Assembly (NCBI GenBank): GCA_017480195.1
Contig: JAFVBE010000011.1
Span: forward strand, 5,580 to 69,579
DNA: 64,000 nt
DNA from: Lachnospiraceae bacterium
GTDB lineage: Bacteria > Bacillota > Clostridia > Lachnospirales > Lachnospiraceae
Reading direction: 5' to 3'
Below are positions 37,123 to 47,020 of this stretch, one piece after another; the first letter of the stretch is position 1, and each line of letters opens with the position of its first letter. The translations under genes were made by a program, and so were the position numbers. The notes beneath the pieces were generated by a model. The model made no database searches. It was not told the origin of the DNA and saw only the letters and a program-made list of their open reading frames with translations.

Positions 37123-38847
37123 CTAATATTCATCTCCGGTTTCATAAGTAATCTTCTTCATCTCAGAGAGTGAGGTGATTCCATTTAACACATGCTTGGC
37201 AGCGCCCATCTTAAGAGTGAGCATGCCTTCTGACAAAGCCTGCTTCTCTATGACATCCGCAGTCGCGCCTTTTGCTATAACTGCCTGAAGTTCTTTTGAT
37301 ACCGGCATCATCTCATATACACCGATACGACCCGCATAACCCGTCTCTCCACAGAGAGGACATCCAACCGGCTCATATACGATTACATCATCTTCACCCT
37401 CTACTCCAAGAATCGCCTTCTCATCTTCCTCAGCAAGTCTTGCAGCCTTACAAGAGCCACAAAGTCGTCGTACAAGTCTCTGAGCAATAACTCCTACCAA
37501 TGCGTCACCGGCTACATAAGGTTCTATACCCATATCTATGATACGAGTAACAGTTGAAGCCGCAGAGTTCGTATGGAGTGTGGATACAACCAAGTGTCCC
37601 GTGATAGCTGCCTGTACAGCTATCTGCGCAGTCTCACCATCACGAATCTCTCCTATCATTATTATATCAGGGTCCTGACGAAGTATGGAACGAAGCGCAG
37701 CCGCGAAGGTAAGTTCTGCCTTAACATTAACCTGCACCTGATTGATTCCGTCGATATTCGCCTCGACAGGATCTTCTACTGTTATTATATTTACATCCTC
37801 TGTATTAAGTTCGCTCAAAGAGGTATAAAGCGTAGTTGATTTACCCGAACCTGTAGGTCCCGTAACCAGGATAATACCATGTGGATTACTGAGTATACCG
37901 TCGAACACCTTAAGTTCCTTAGGACCAAATCCAAGGGCGCTCTTAGGCTTGGTAAGACCGTCCTTAGAAGTAAGTCTCATAACTGTCTTCTCTCCATATA
38001 CGGTAGGAAGTATGGAAACACGGACATCGAACTCTCTTCTGTCTACCATTATGGTGATACGACCGTCCTGAGGTTTTCTCTTCTCGGCGATATCCATACC
38101 ACCTATAATTTTGATACGGGCACTTATTGCCGAAAGAAGTGTATAGTCATATGACATGACCTGTTTCAAAGCACCATCTATACGATATCTTACACGAACA
38201 CTCGACTCAAGAGGTTCGATATGTATATCGGAAGCTCTCTGTCTGACGCCGCCTTCGATAATCTGTTTAACCAGGAGAACAATAGGTGAATTCTCGATAT
38301 CCTCATTCAGAGCTTCCTCCTCTGCCTCTGAGAGCATATCCGATTCTCGTTCCTTACGATACAGCTCCGCAGCCTCCATAGCCTGTGCATTACCGAAATA
38401 TTTACCTATGGTTTCGTTCATATCTTCTTCCATAGCAAGTAACGGCTCGACCTGAGAATTAGTTGCGATGCCTATATCATCAATCGCATTCAAATCCATA
38501 GGATCAACCATGGCAACACGCAACACATTAGGATTCTGCTCATCATAGCCTATAGGCAATGCCTTGTATTTATTAACAAGGTTCTCCGGCACGAGCTTGA
38601 GTATATCCTCATCCAGCTTACACGCCTTAAGCTCGATAAAGTCTATACCCATCTGGGTAGTAAGTACCGTAATAAGAAGCTCCTGGCTTATGAACCCCTG
38701 ACTCACAAGAACCGTACCAAGCTTACCACCATTTTCTTTTTGATAGGCAATCGCCTCGTCAAGCTCGTCCGCAGTAATGGCCCCCGCCTCAACAAGCAAA
38801 TCACCTATACGAATTTTTTTTCTTCCACTACTTAATCGCATACGCAT
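37123..38847 (-). CDS. pilB: Pilus assembly ATPase with N-terminal MshEN domain
   Basis: RIGDLLVEAG..GKLGTVLVSQG, ASDIHIEP, GPTGSGKSTT, LRQDPD, CGSC/CPLC zinc motif; start moved downstream of the promoter and AGGAGAGG RBS. Confidence 0.96.
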   Translation of the reverse strand: MRMRLSSGRKKIRIGDLLVEAGAITADELDEAIAYQKENGGKLGTVLVSQGFISQELLITVLTTQMGIDFIELKACKLDEDILKLVPENLVNKYKALPIGYDEQNPNVLRVAMVDPMDLNAIDDIGIATNSQVEPLLAMEEDMNETIGKYFGNAQAMEAAELYRKERESDMLSEAEEEALNEDIENSPIVLLVKQIIEGGVRQRASDIHIEPLESSVRVRYRIDGALKQVMSYDYTLLSAISARIKIIGGMDIAEKRKPQDGRITIMVDRREFDVRVSILPTVYGEKTVMRLTSKDGLTKPKSALGFGPKELKVFDGILSNPHGIILVTGPTGSGKSTTLYTSLSELNTEDVNIITVEDPVEANIDGINQVQVNVKAELTFAAALRSILRQDPDIIMIGEIRDGETAQIAVQAAITGHLVVSTLHTNSAASTVTRIIDMGIEPYVAGDALVGVIAQRLVRRLCGSCKAARLAEEDEKAILGVEGEDDVIVYEPVGCPLCGETGYAGRIGVYEMMPVSKELQAVIAKGATADVIEKQALSEGMLTLKMGAAKHVLNGITSLSEMKKITYETGDEY

Positions 38848-38880
38848 TCCCTCTCCTATTAATATAGTTAGCTGTATGAT

Positions 38881-38909
38881 ATTATACCACAATAAAGTGA
38901 GTCAAGCAA
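38881..38909 (-). promoter_or_regulatory. Extended -10 sigma-A promoter of the pilB operon
   Basis: Minus strand TTGCTT-17 nt-TATAAT with TG at -15/-14. Confidence 0.7.
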
Positions 38910-38920
38910 GCACGAAGTGC

Positions 38921-40729
38921 TTATTTGACGAGCTGTTTCATTTTAAATATTAATACATATCTATCATACAGACAGTCTTTTCCTACATATTCAGCACTGC
39001 CGTCAAACTTTTCATTATAATAGTTAATTAACTTTTTTAGATAATTAATTTTTTTGTTTTTTGAGTTTTCTTCATTTTCGTCATCTTTTTCTTCATTTTT
39101 CTCGTCATTTCCTGCAAGAGCAGCTTTGATTATGTCATCATTAATATCATCACTTACATCAATCACCACATACAAAGGAGCATTACCCGTGTCAAGTTCA
39201 TTGTAGGTATCATAATAATTATAATATGCAGTTGATGTCAAATAGTAATGCGAAGTATCCAATATATCAACTGCAGCACAATTTATAAGAAAAGGACTGC
39301 TTAATACTAAAACAACATTTGCACCATCCTCAAGCTTATCAAGTGTCACATTCTCTTCATTGTATATAAAGAAAAACGAGTCTGTCCGCTCTATATATAC
39401 CGCTGTAATAGTAACAATCAGTATGGCAGATATCACAATATTTCTAACCCTTGCATTCTTGGACAGCCATTTTATCGGATAATAAAATAACGAAACAATA
39501 AAGCACGCATATATAGCGTATATAATGAATATATACCTCTTAGCCTGAATTCCCATTCCATATATTGATGTGACTTTGGCGTTACCTAATAATGTAATGT
39601 TGACAACCGCAAACAAAACAAACAATGTATACGGAAAGGCTTTTCTCTTATCCAATATATTCTTTATCCCTGTTTTAACTCTCAATTTCAGATTTTTGTA
39701 CCAATCTTCATTACGCGCAATAAAGTTAAAAGGAAGCCATATAAATATAATCACACCGACAGCGAGCAAAATATATGTATCCGTCATCGTCGGCCATATG
39801 GAATTATGAAATCCAATTATGTCTCTTTGCAGATATGCCCAATAAATCTTAAACTGCCATGCCATAGGGTAACTTGCAGAAGGTTCACCACCTTCTCCGC
39901 CTACAAATATATGAGCATACGAAGGTATAAACAGTAAGAAGGATAAGCCTACAGACAAAGCCATGGATATACCATACTTAAACATAAGCTTTAAGTTCTT
40001 ACTGAACAGATAATATATGCAATAGAACAATGTAATCGCAAAAGCAGGCAGAAGATTAAGATGAACCGTAAGACATCCCAGCAGACAGGAAATAGCTGCC
40101 TTGATAATATATTTCCATTGTTTATCTGCATTATCCCTATTCTCAAATACCATAGCCGAATAATACATATGCATAATTGTAAATGCCGCACAGAGCGAAT
40201 AATTCCTAAGATATATTGTTACATTCACCGCGCCAAGCGTGAATCCGTAAAATGCTGTCCCCAACAAAGCAAGCATCTTGTCTTTTGTAATATTATATAT
40301 CAATTTATCCAAATATATCTGAGTTATAATGAAGGCAATTATGTCTATAAAAAATGCATACCATTTCGACCATTTACCCAGAAAAAAAGACGAAACAAAA
40401 TGAAGCAGCATGAAATAAAGCGGCGGATGCCAGTCATCAGCACAATTATCATACACCATTTTATAATTAAATATTTCATTTTTATCTATGGTAACATAAT
40501 CTCTGAGAACTTCACTGTCCATCCATTGACCGTAATTTTTGTATTCCGTCTTATCATTCATCATATAAACATATGGCCCATCATCGCTATTAGCCAATCC
40601 ATATGACCAGATTTCATCAGAATGAAAGCTTTGTTTCACAAAAGTAAAGCAACACGCAATAAATATACATTGAACAAAAATTATAACCGCAAGATATAAC
40701 ATATATTTATCTGTTTTTATTTTTTTCAT
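38921..40729 (-). CDS. GT-C fold integral membrane glycosyltransferase (GT39/ArnT/PMT-like)
   Basis: First-loop FHSDEIWSY, DWHPPLYF, LRNYS; many TM segments plus extracellular C-terminal domain. Confidence 0.75.
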   Translation of the reverse strand: MKKIKTDKYMLYLAVIIFVQCIFIACCFTFVKQSFHSDEIWSYGLANSDDGPYVYMMNDKTEYKNYGQWMDSEVLRDYVTIDKNEIFNYKMVYDNCADDWHPPLYFMLLHFVSSFFLGKWSKWYAFFIDIIAFIITQIYLDKLIYNITKDKMLALLGTAFYGFTLGAVNVTIYLRNYSLCAAFTIMHMYYSAMVFENRDNADKQWKYIIKAAISCLLGCLTVHLNLLPAFAITLFYCIYYLFSKNLKLMFKYGISMALSVGLSFLLFIPSYAHIFVGGEGGEPSASYPMAWQFKIYWAYLQRDIIGFHNSIWPTMTDTYILLAVGVIIFIWLPFNFIARNEDWYKNLKLRVKTGIKNILDKRKAFPYTLFVLFAVVNITLLGNAKVTSIYGMGIQAKRYIFIIYAIYACFIVSLFYYPIKWLSKNARVRNIVISAILIVTITAVYIERTDSFFFIYNEENVTLDKLEDGANVVLVLSSPFLINCAAVDILDTSHYYLTSTAYYNYYDTYNELDTGNAPLYVVIDVSDDINDDIIKAALAGNDEKNEEKDDENEENSKNKKINYLKKLINYYNEKFDGSAEYVGKDCLYDRYVLIFKMKQLVK

Positions 40730-40753
40730 ACTACCCCACCTATTCCTTTATGA

Positions 40754-41725
40754 TTATAAATGTGTTTCTCCCGTAATTTTATCAATTAGTATATCTGTAC
40801 CTTTTTTAAAGCTATGTCTAAAGAACCAATATATTGAAGAAAATATATATTTATTTTGCCTGACTATATTCGTATATTCCTTCAAACCTATAGCTTTTTG
40901 TAGGACAAATGCAGCCGTTGCAGCCTCGAAAAGCAAAAAATCCGCACTTTTTTTTGTTTCAACATTCATATCATTTTTATAAACATATTCTCTTAATGAC
41001 AGATAGCTCTTCATATAATCTAAAAATTTTAATTTATATGTCGCAGAAAAACTTGTTCCTTCATCAGCGACATATCTATATGCCCCCATTTTCTCCGGCA
41101 TACAATAAATTTTTCCCGCATCAAGCATTGCCAATATTTTTATTCTGTCTCCCGGAGAATATGAATACGCTCTATACAAGTCATCATCTCTATAGAAATT
41201 ATTTATCTCATCAATATTTCTGTAAAGTATCGTCTCTGTCTGTCCCGGAAGAAGCCACAATCTATAATCTCTATGGGAATATATTCGTTTTTTACACTCA
41301 GGATATATAATTTTCTTTTGAACTTTGTCATTCTTATCCACCACATGTACCTTACAGGCAACTGCCACGAAGTCAGGATTGTCTTCTAAAAAATCAACCT
41401 GTTTTTGGAGTTTTCTTTTATCTGTCCAGAAATCATCCGTCTCCAATAAAACTACATACTTGCCTCTTGCATGCAGAAACAACTCTGCTATATTGTCTAA
41501 CGCCCCCATATTACTTTCTCTATACAAAGCTTTTATTACATCAGGAAATTGTCTTTCGTATTTTTTGATGATTGCCCTGCTATTATCTGTCGAACAATCT
41601 TCTGCAATTATTATCTCATATTTAAAATTAACTTCCTGCATCAGCGCGCTGTTAAGAGCTTTTCTTAAATACTTCTCATGGTTATATGTTGCGCAACATA
41701 TACTTACCATAATTTTGTCATTCAT
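40754..41725 (-). CDS. Glycosyltransferase family 2
   Basis: TYNHEKYL, EDCSTD, ETDDFW..KLQKQV. Confidence 0.92.
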   Translation of the reverse strand: MNDKIMVSICCATYNHEKYLRKALNSALMQEVNFKYEIIIAEDCSTDNSRAIIKKYERQFPDVIKALYRESNMGALDNIAELFLHARGKYVVLLETDDFWTDKRKLQKQVDFLEDNPDFVAVACKVHVVDKNDKVQKKIIYPECKKRIYSHRDYRLWLLPGQTETILYRNIDEINNFYRDDDLYRAYSYSPGDRIKILAMLDAGKIYCMPEKMGAYRYVADEGTSFSATYKLKFLDYMKSYLSLREYVYKNDMNVETKKSADFLLFEAATAAFVLQKAIGLKEYTNIVRQNKYIFSSIYWFFRHSFKKGTDILIDKITGETHL

Positions 41726-43157
41726 TCTTTTTCCTGCCTTTTTTAATCACATTCAATAAATAATGATAATTATTATCTTTTGTTATCAAAGATAACCCAA
41801 TATATATCATTATACCTACTATCACCTGAATACACAATATTATTATACCATTCAGCTTTATATAATTAATAGCATAAACAGCAGCCCCCATTATCAAGGA
41901 TTTTATCAGGGATGGGAGCATATCTTTTATCTGTTCTGTATATGTGTAATTAATCAGCTTCCAGTTAGGATATGCATTTATAAAGCAACATATCAAAGAT
42001 GTAAAAACCGCGCTTATTGCAATTGCCATAACGCCTTTATTAACAACACACAATAAAACCGTAATACCCAATATATCTTTTATTATTTCAAGCTTTAAAA
42101 ACCAATCACTTCTACCTACAGATTTCATAGCTTCAAGATTAGATGTATGTATAGGCCAAAATCCATAAGTTATACATGCAATTTGAATATATGGCACGCA
42201 AGGAAGCCATTTGTCAGAAAGGACAGTCTTTACAAAGCAAGGTGCCACGGCGGCCATGCCAAGCATAACCGGCCACATAATATAAGAGCTGATGCTTACT
42301 GCTCTTCTTGTCATGCTCTTAACTCTTGCTGCATCATCCTGCTCCTTGGACAGGGTAGGGAAAAGAACACTGCTTATGGTAGTATTTATTCCGGAGGTTA
42401 TAGCTTGAGGATATAGGTTTCCATTTGTATAATATGCCAAATCCTCTGTTGTATATATTTTGCCGATAAATATATTTCTTATCTCAATACACGCTTCATC
42501 AATAACCCCTGCGACCATTAACTTCCAGCCATACGAGAACATTGTTTTTACTCTATCGAACGAATAAACAAGCTTAGGTCTCCAATGTACTGTTATCCAA
42601 AGCACAATTGTGTCCACAACCGCATTTATAAGATATTGAGCAACTAAAGCCCATACTCCATATCCTTTAAATGCCATGAATATTCCTATTATTCCTGACA
42701 ATATAGTTCCGAAAAATGTTGACCAGAAAAATCTTTTGAACATCATATTTCTAGATACATATGCCTGCTGAACCGAATTAACAGCAGCAACCGGAACTCG
42801 TACAGCCAACACCCTGATTACTTTGGACAACTCAGGATTATCAAAAAAACCTGATATCAGAGGAGCAGAAATAAAAATCAAAAAATACAAAATCACAGAA
42901 AAAAATATATTAAAATAGAACACACTTGAAAAGTCTAAATCATCCGCATCTTTTTTCTGTATAAGAGCATTACCGAAACCGGCGACTGTAAATACCTCAG
43001 CAATATTTATAACTATAAGAGCCAGCGCAACCACTCCATAATCCTTCGGCATCAAGAGTCTTGCAAGGCACAGTGTAACAACGAATGTAACACCCTGTGC
43101 AAGTATCCGTTCACTAAATTTCCACATAAGATTCGAGAAAATCTTATTACTTCCCAT
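41718..43157 (-). CDS. Wzx-type oligosaccharide flippase (MOP superfamily)
   Basis: LARLLMPKDYG, ALIQKKD, GYGVWALVAQ; about 12-14 TMs. Confidence 0.9.
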   Translation of the reverse strand: MGSNKIFSNLMWKFSERILAQGVTFVVTLCLARLLMPKDYGVVALALIVINIAEVFTVAGFGNALIQKKDADDLDFSSVFYFNIFFSVILYFLIFISAPLISGFFDNPELSKVIRVLAVRVPVAAVNSVQQAYVSRNMMFKRFFWSTFFGTILSGIIGIFMAFKGYGVWALVAQYLINAVVDTIVLWITVHWRPKLVYSFDRVKTMFSYGWKLMVAGVIDEACIEIRNIFIGKIYTTEDLAYYTNGNLYPQAITSGINTTISSVLFPTLSKEQDDAARVKSMTRRAVSISSYIMWPVMLGMAAVAPCFVKTVLSDKWLPCVPYIQIACITYGFWPIHTSNLEAMKSVGRSDWFLKLEIIKDILGITVLLCVVNKGVMAIAISAVFTSLICCFINAYPNWKLINYTYTEQIKDMLPSLIKSLIMGAAVYAINYIKLNGIIILCIQVIVGIMIYIGLSLITKDNNYHYLLNVIKKGRKKNE

Positions 43158-43182
43158 TAATATTTACCTCATAATATTCGGA

Positions 43183-43974
43183 CTAATTATCATATGTGCT
43201 ATATGCTTTTTTATAAAATTTCATTAGAATTTTTGCTATCCATTTGGGCCAAAACTTTTCGAACATTTCACGATCCTCTTTTTCTCTTAGATGATTTGTA
43301 ATTAAGACCTTGCTGGTAGCTTCATCATGTATACGATAATACAAAAGAGGCTTATCAACGACCACGAACCTTCCTTCTCTATTGGCAAGCTGATAAAAGG
43401 TATCCCAATCAATGCATTGTTTCATATCAGATGTAAATATGGAAGGACCAAGTATACTTCTATGATAGCATACACAAGGGCATTTAATGGAAACACCAAG
43501 ACTCAACGAACGAATTTTCCAAAATCTTTTATTATTTAGAAGTTTTCTTTTCATAGGAGACCTTAAAATCCGTTGCATTTTACTATTAATGTCACGCGGT
43601 CCTATCTTTCCATTCTTGATTGGAATATAATCCGTTATTCCAATTGTTGCATCCTTATACCTGATAAGCACTGAAGATAATTCCTCAAGATAATGACAAT
43701 CATACAAATCATCCTGATGTGCAATAGTCATCCATTCCGTCCCGGCAGTATTATAAGCAAAATTCCAATCATCCTTTAAACTACTTTTTCCCTCTCGAAT
43801 AATAAGCGGAATATGATATTTTTCTGCCATATTCTTAATAAAATCGTTAGGCGTAGAAGTAACCATTTTTATATCAGGTGACACTGTCTGTGCTTTCAGA
43901 GATTCAATACAAGACTCCAAATATTCTGATTCTTTATAAGCGCAAATCACAAAACAATGATCTATAAATTCCAT
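43183..43974 (-). CDS. Glycosyltransferase family 2
   Basis: ICAYKESEYLESCI, AHQDD, DW..F, YYRIH. Confidence 0.88.
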   Translation of the reverse strand: MEFIDHCFVICAYKESEYLESCIESLKAQTVSPDIKMVTSTPNDFIKNMAEKYHIPLIIREGKSSLKDDWNFAYNTAGTEWMTIAHQDDLYDCHYLEELSSVLIRYKDATIGITDYIPIKNGKIGPRDINSKMQRILRSPMKRKLLNNKRFWKIRSLSLGVSIKCPCVCYHRSILGPSIFTSDMKQCIDWDTFYQLANREGRFVVVDKPLLYYRIHDEATSKVLITNHLREKEDREMFEKFWPKWIAKILMKFYKKAYSTYDN

Positions 43975-44039
43975 ACTATAAGCCTCATGTTAATTAATAA
44001 TAAAACCTCTCAGCTTTTAATCTAAAATAATTTATGTCA

Positions 44040-44978
44040 TTATCTGATTTTAATAATATTATCCTTATCTGATTCTGACACTATATAATGAGGTCGATTT
44101 TTAGTCTCTAAAAAAATTCTTGCGATATATTGTCCTATAATTCCAATGGATAATAATTGTAATCCGCCTAAAAATAAGATTATAGATGTCATGGATGTCC
44201 AACCTTCTATCGAATATCCATTTACATATTTTGAATAAACAATATATATAATATAAACAAAAGCGAAAAATGTAACTAAGACTCCAAGACTCGATACAAT
44301 CCTAAGCGGAGCCTGCGAAAAATTAAAAAAACCATCTACAGCATACTTAATAAGCCCAAAGATATTCCATTTGGTCTTACCTGCTTTGCGTTCAACATTT
44401 TCATAAGATATCCAATGTGTTTTGAAGCCAACCCAATCAAAAATCCCTTTGGAAAATCGGTTATATTCAGACATGGCTATAACCGCATCCACCATCTTCC
44501 TGCTCATTAGTCGATAATCTCTGGCTCCATCGACAATCTTCACATCGGAGATTTTATTAATCAGCTTATAAAACCCTTTAGATAGCAGACTGCGTACAAT
44601 CGGCTCGCCCTTCCTTGATACGCGTTTTGCCGCTACACAATCATACCTGCCTTCAGCAAGTATATCTGCCATACGGCTCAAAAGCTCAGGCGGATCCTGT
44701 AAATCTGCATCCATAACCGTAACATAATCTCCTCCCGCATTACACAGGCCGGCAAAAATAGCTGATTCCTTCCCAAAATTCCTTGAAAAAGACAGATAAT
44801 GAATTCTTTCGTCTTTTGCAGAAAACCCACGCAAAACCTCAAGCGTTCCGTCTATAGAGCCATCATTAACAAACCACAATTCATAATCAAGATTTTTGCA
44901 CATGTCCTTAAATTCTTTAAGAAACACAGGCAGCATTTCCTCCTCATTATAACAAGGAACCACAACAGAAATAAGCAT
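44040..44978 (-). CDS. GtrB/CsbB-type polyprenyl-phosphate glycosyltransferase (GT2)
   Basis: VVPCYNEEE, FSRNFGKESA, MDADLQDPP, two C-terminal TMs, ETKNRPHY. Confidence 0.93.
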   Translation of the reverse strand: MLISVVVPCYNEEEMLPVFLKEFKDMCKNLDYELWFVNDGSIDGTLEVLRGFSAKDERIHYLSFSRNFGKESAIFAGLCNAGGDYVTVMDADLQDPPELLSRMADILAEGRYDCVAAKRVSRKGEPIVRSLLSKGFYKLINKISDVKIVDGARDYRLMSRKMVDAVIAMSEYNRFSKGIFDWVGFKTHWISYENVERKAGKTKWNIFGLIKYAVDGFFNFSQAPLRIVSSLGVLVTFFAFVYIIYIVYSKYVNGYSIEGWTSMTSIILFLGGLQLLSIGIIGQYIARIFLETKNRPHYIVSESDKDNIIKIR

Positions 44979-45006
44979 GCTCTATCTCCTTTTAATTCTT
45001 TCAACC

Positions 45007-45035
45007 ATTCTAACACGAATATTTTTCAAGCGCAA
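45007..45035 (-). promoter_or_regulatory. sigma-A promoter of the glycosyltransferase cassette
   Basis: Minus strand TTGCGC-17 nt-TAGAAT with TG extension. Confidence 0.55.
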
Positions 45036-45059
45036 TAGACAAAAAGTTATTTAGGAAAA

Positions 45060-45087
45060 GCACTTTTTCGTCAAAAAAACATATCAT
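45060..45087 (+). promoter_or_regulatory. Putative sigma-K/sigma-E promoter of sigK
   Basis: GCAC-16 nt-CATATCAT fits AC..CATAnnnT. Confidence 0.45.
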
Positions 45088-45117
45088 ATATAAACAGGGT
45101 TTGTTGAGGCGCATATC

Positions 45118-45741
45118 TTGGAAACTTTTAAGCATCCCCTATCACAAGAGGAAGAACACCATTATCTTGAACTGATTAAAAAAGGCAATATAGAAGCCAG
45201 AAACACTCTTGTTGAATATAACCTAAGACTTGTTGCACATATTGTAAAGAAATATCAGGCAGCAAACCGAAGTACAGAGGATTTAATATCCATCGGAACC
45301 ATAGGACTTATAAAGGCAATTAACACCTACGATAAAAGTAAGGGAAGCAGATTAGTGACCTATGCTTCAAGATGCATAGAAAACGAAATCCTTATGAGGT
45401 TGCGTCAAGAGCGTAAGGAATCGAGAGAAATCTCACTTTATGAACCAATCGGAACTGACAAAGAGGGTAATGAAATCAATCTTATGGACATTATCAAAAG
45501 TGATGATGAAAACATTTTAGTCGATATAATCAATAATGATAATATAAGCTTCGTATCCAGAGTCTTTGGAACAGTATTAGACGAACGCGAGCAGAAGATA
45601 ATATCTATGCGTTATGGCTTATCCGGCAGTAATCCTATGACTCAGAAAGAGGTTGCGTCAAAGCTTAATATATCACGCTCTTATGTATCACGGATTGAGA
45701 AGAAGGCACTGCTTAAGCTTAGGGACGCTTTGCTCTTATAA
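45118..45741 (+). CDS. sigK: Sporulation sigma factor K (no pro-peptide, uninterrupted)
   Basis: F.HPLS, NLRLVAHIVKKY, DLISIGTIGLIKAI, EPIGTDKEGNEI, ISRSYVSRIEK. Confidence 0.95.
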   Translation: METFKHPLSQEEEHHYLELIKKGNIEARNTLVEYNLRLVAHIVKKYQAANRSTEDLISIGTIGLIKAINTYDKSKGSRLVTYASRCIENEILMRLRQERKESREISLYEPIGTDKEGNEINLMDIIKSDDENILVDIINNDNISFVSRVFGTVLDEREQKIISMRYGLSGSNPMTQKEVASKLNISRSYVSRIEKKALLKLRDALLL

Positions 45742-46993
45742 TCATACCCTGTTTTATCCCTTCGGCATGGTCTAAGGATATATAAAGGAGCTGCTTCGGA
45801 TGAGGAGCTGATTCCATAGGTGTCATCTTCTCATCGAATATATCCTCTACAACCACATCTATATTATCTCTGTCGAAATCCATAATACTAAGCCTGTCGC
45901 CCACCACAAATTTATTCTTCTGATGTATAACTATCAGTTTTTTCCCATCATGCTCTACCACATTTTCCACACAGCCAATGTAGATATAATTATTTACATA
46001 GGTATTGCTGTCGTAAATTTGAGTATCTTCATCCGGCTTATGAAAATAAAAACCTGTTGTAAACTGTCTATAAGTACAGGCTGAAATTTCATCCTTGTAA
46101 TAACTCATATTGCTTCTGTAAAGCTCCTCTGATATATAATAATCATCTATGGCTTTCCTATAAGTTCGTGTAACAGCAGCTACATAAAGTGCAGTTTTCA
46201 TGCGACCTTCCACCTTAAATGAATCAATACCCGCAGCTATCATATCCGGTATGTACTCTATCATACAAAGATCCTTAGAATTAAATATATAAGTACCCCT
46301 TTCATCCTCCTCAACAGGAAGATACTCTCCCGGTCTTTTTTCTTCAACTACCGAATACTTCCATCTACAAGGATGAGTACATGCACCCTTATTCGCATCT
46401 CTCCCGGTGAAATAGCTGCTCAGCAAGCATCTGCCCGAATAAGATATGCACATAGCCCCATGCATAAAGGCTTCAATCTCCATATCCTCGGGTATATGGT
46501 CTCTTATGGTCTTTATCTCATTTAATGATAGTTCTCTGGCTGCTACAACTCTTGTTGCACCATGCTCATACCAGAATTTATATATTAAATAGTTAGTGTT
46601 ATTAGCCTGTGTACTTATATGTATGTCTATATCAGGCAGCATCTCCTTTGCAAGCATAAATATGCCTGAGTCGGATATAAGCAGAGCATCTATCTTAGTA
46701 TCGCCACGGTCAAGTCCTGCCTTGTGAAGCTCTCTAAAATATTCTTTTATTCCATCTATGTCATCATTGTGTGCAAAAATATTTACAGTAAGATATATCT
46801 TCTTTCCCGTTGAATGCACATATCTGCACGCTTCACGCATTTCTTCAATCGTAAAATTATCTGCCTTGGCACGAAGTCCAAATCTTTGACCTCCCATATA
46901 AACGGCATCCGCGCCATAATCTATGGCAACCTTCAATGTATCAAGTCCCCCTGCCGGTATAAGAAGTTCAGGTTTTTTATCCTTATTAATCAT
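45719..46993 (-). CDS. U32 family protein (YrrO/TrhP-like tRNA hydroxylation)
   Basis: KPELLIPAG, HGAMCISYSGRCLLS, NKGACTHPCRW, KVEGRMK. Confidence 0.92.
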   Translation of the reverse strand: MINKDKKPELLIPAGGLDTLKVAIDYGADAVYMGGQRFGLRAKADNFTIEEMREACRYVHSTGKKIYLTVNIFAHNDDIDGIKEYFRELHKAGLDRGDTKIDALLISDSGIFMLAKEMLPDIDIHISTQANNTNYLIYKFWYEHGATRVVAARELSLNEIKTIRDHIPEDMEIEAFMHGAMCISYSGRCLLSSYFTGRDANKGACTHPCRWKYSVVEEKRPGEYLPVEEDERGTYIFNSKDLCMIEYIPDMIAAGIDSFKVEGRMKTALYVAAVTRTYRKAIDDYYISEELYRSNMSYYKDEISACTYRQFTTGFYFHKPDEDTQIYDSNTYVNNYIYIGCVENVVEHDGKKLIVIHQKNKFVVGDRLSIMDFDRDNIDVVVEDIFDEKMTPMESAPHPKQLLYISLDHAEGIKQGMIIRAKRP

Positions 46994-47020
46994 CAGTTCA
47001 CTCCCTGTATAATATAAACA

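Noticed and set aside
38848-38892. ORF-track N-terminal extension of PilB (MWYNII...)
   Set aside because: It is the translated -10 box (TGGTATAAT); the real RBS lies downstream
38921-44978. Capsule/EPS (Wzy-dependent) locus
   Set aside because: No Wzy, Wzz/CpsCD, initiating phosphoglycosyl transferase or LCP gene in the cassette, although these could be encoded elsewhere
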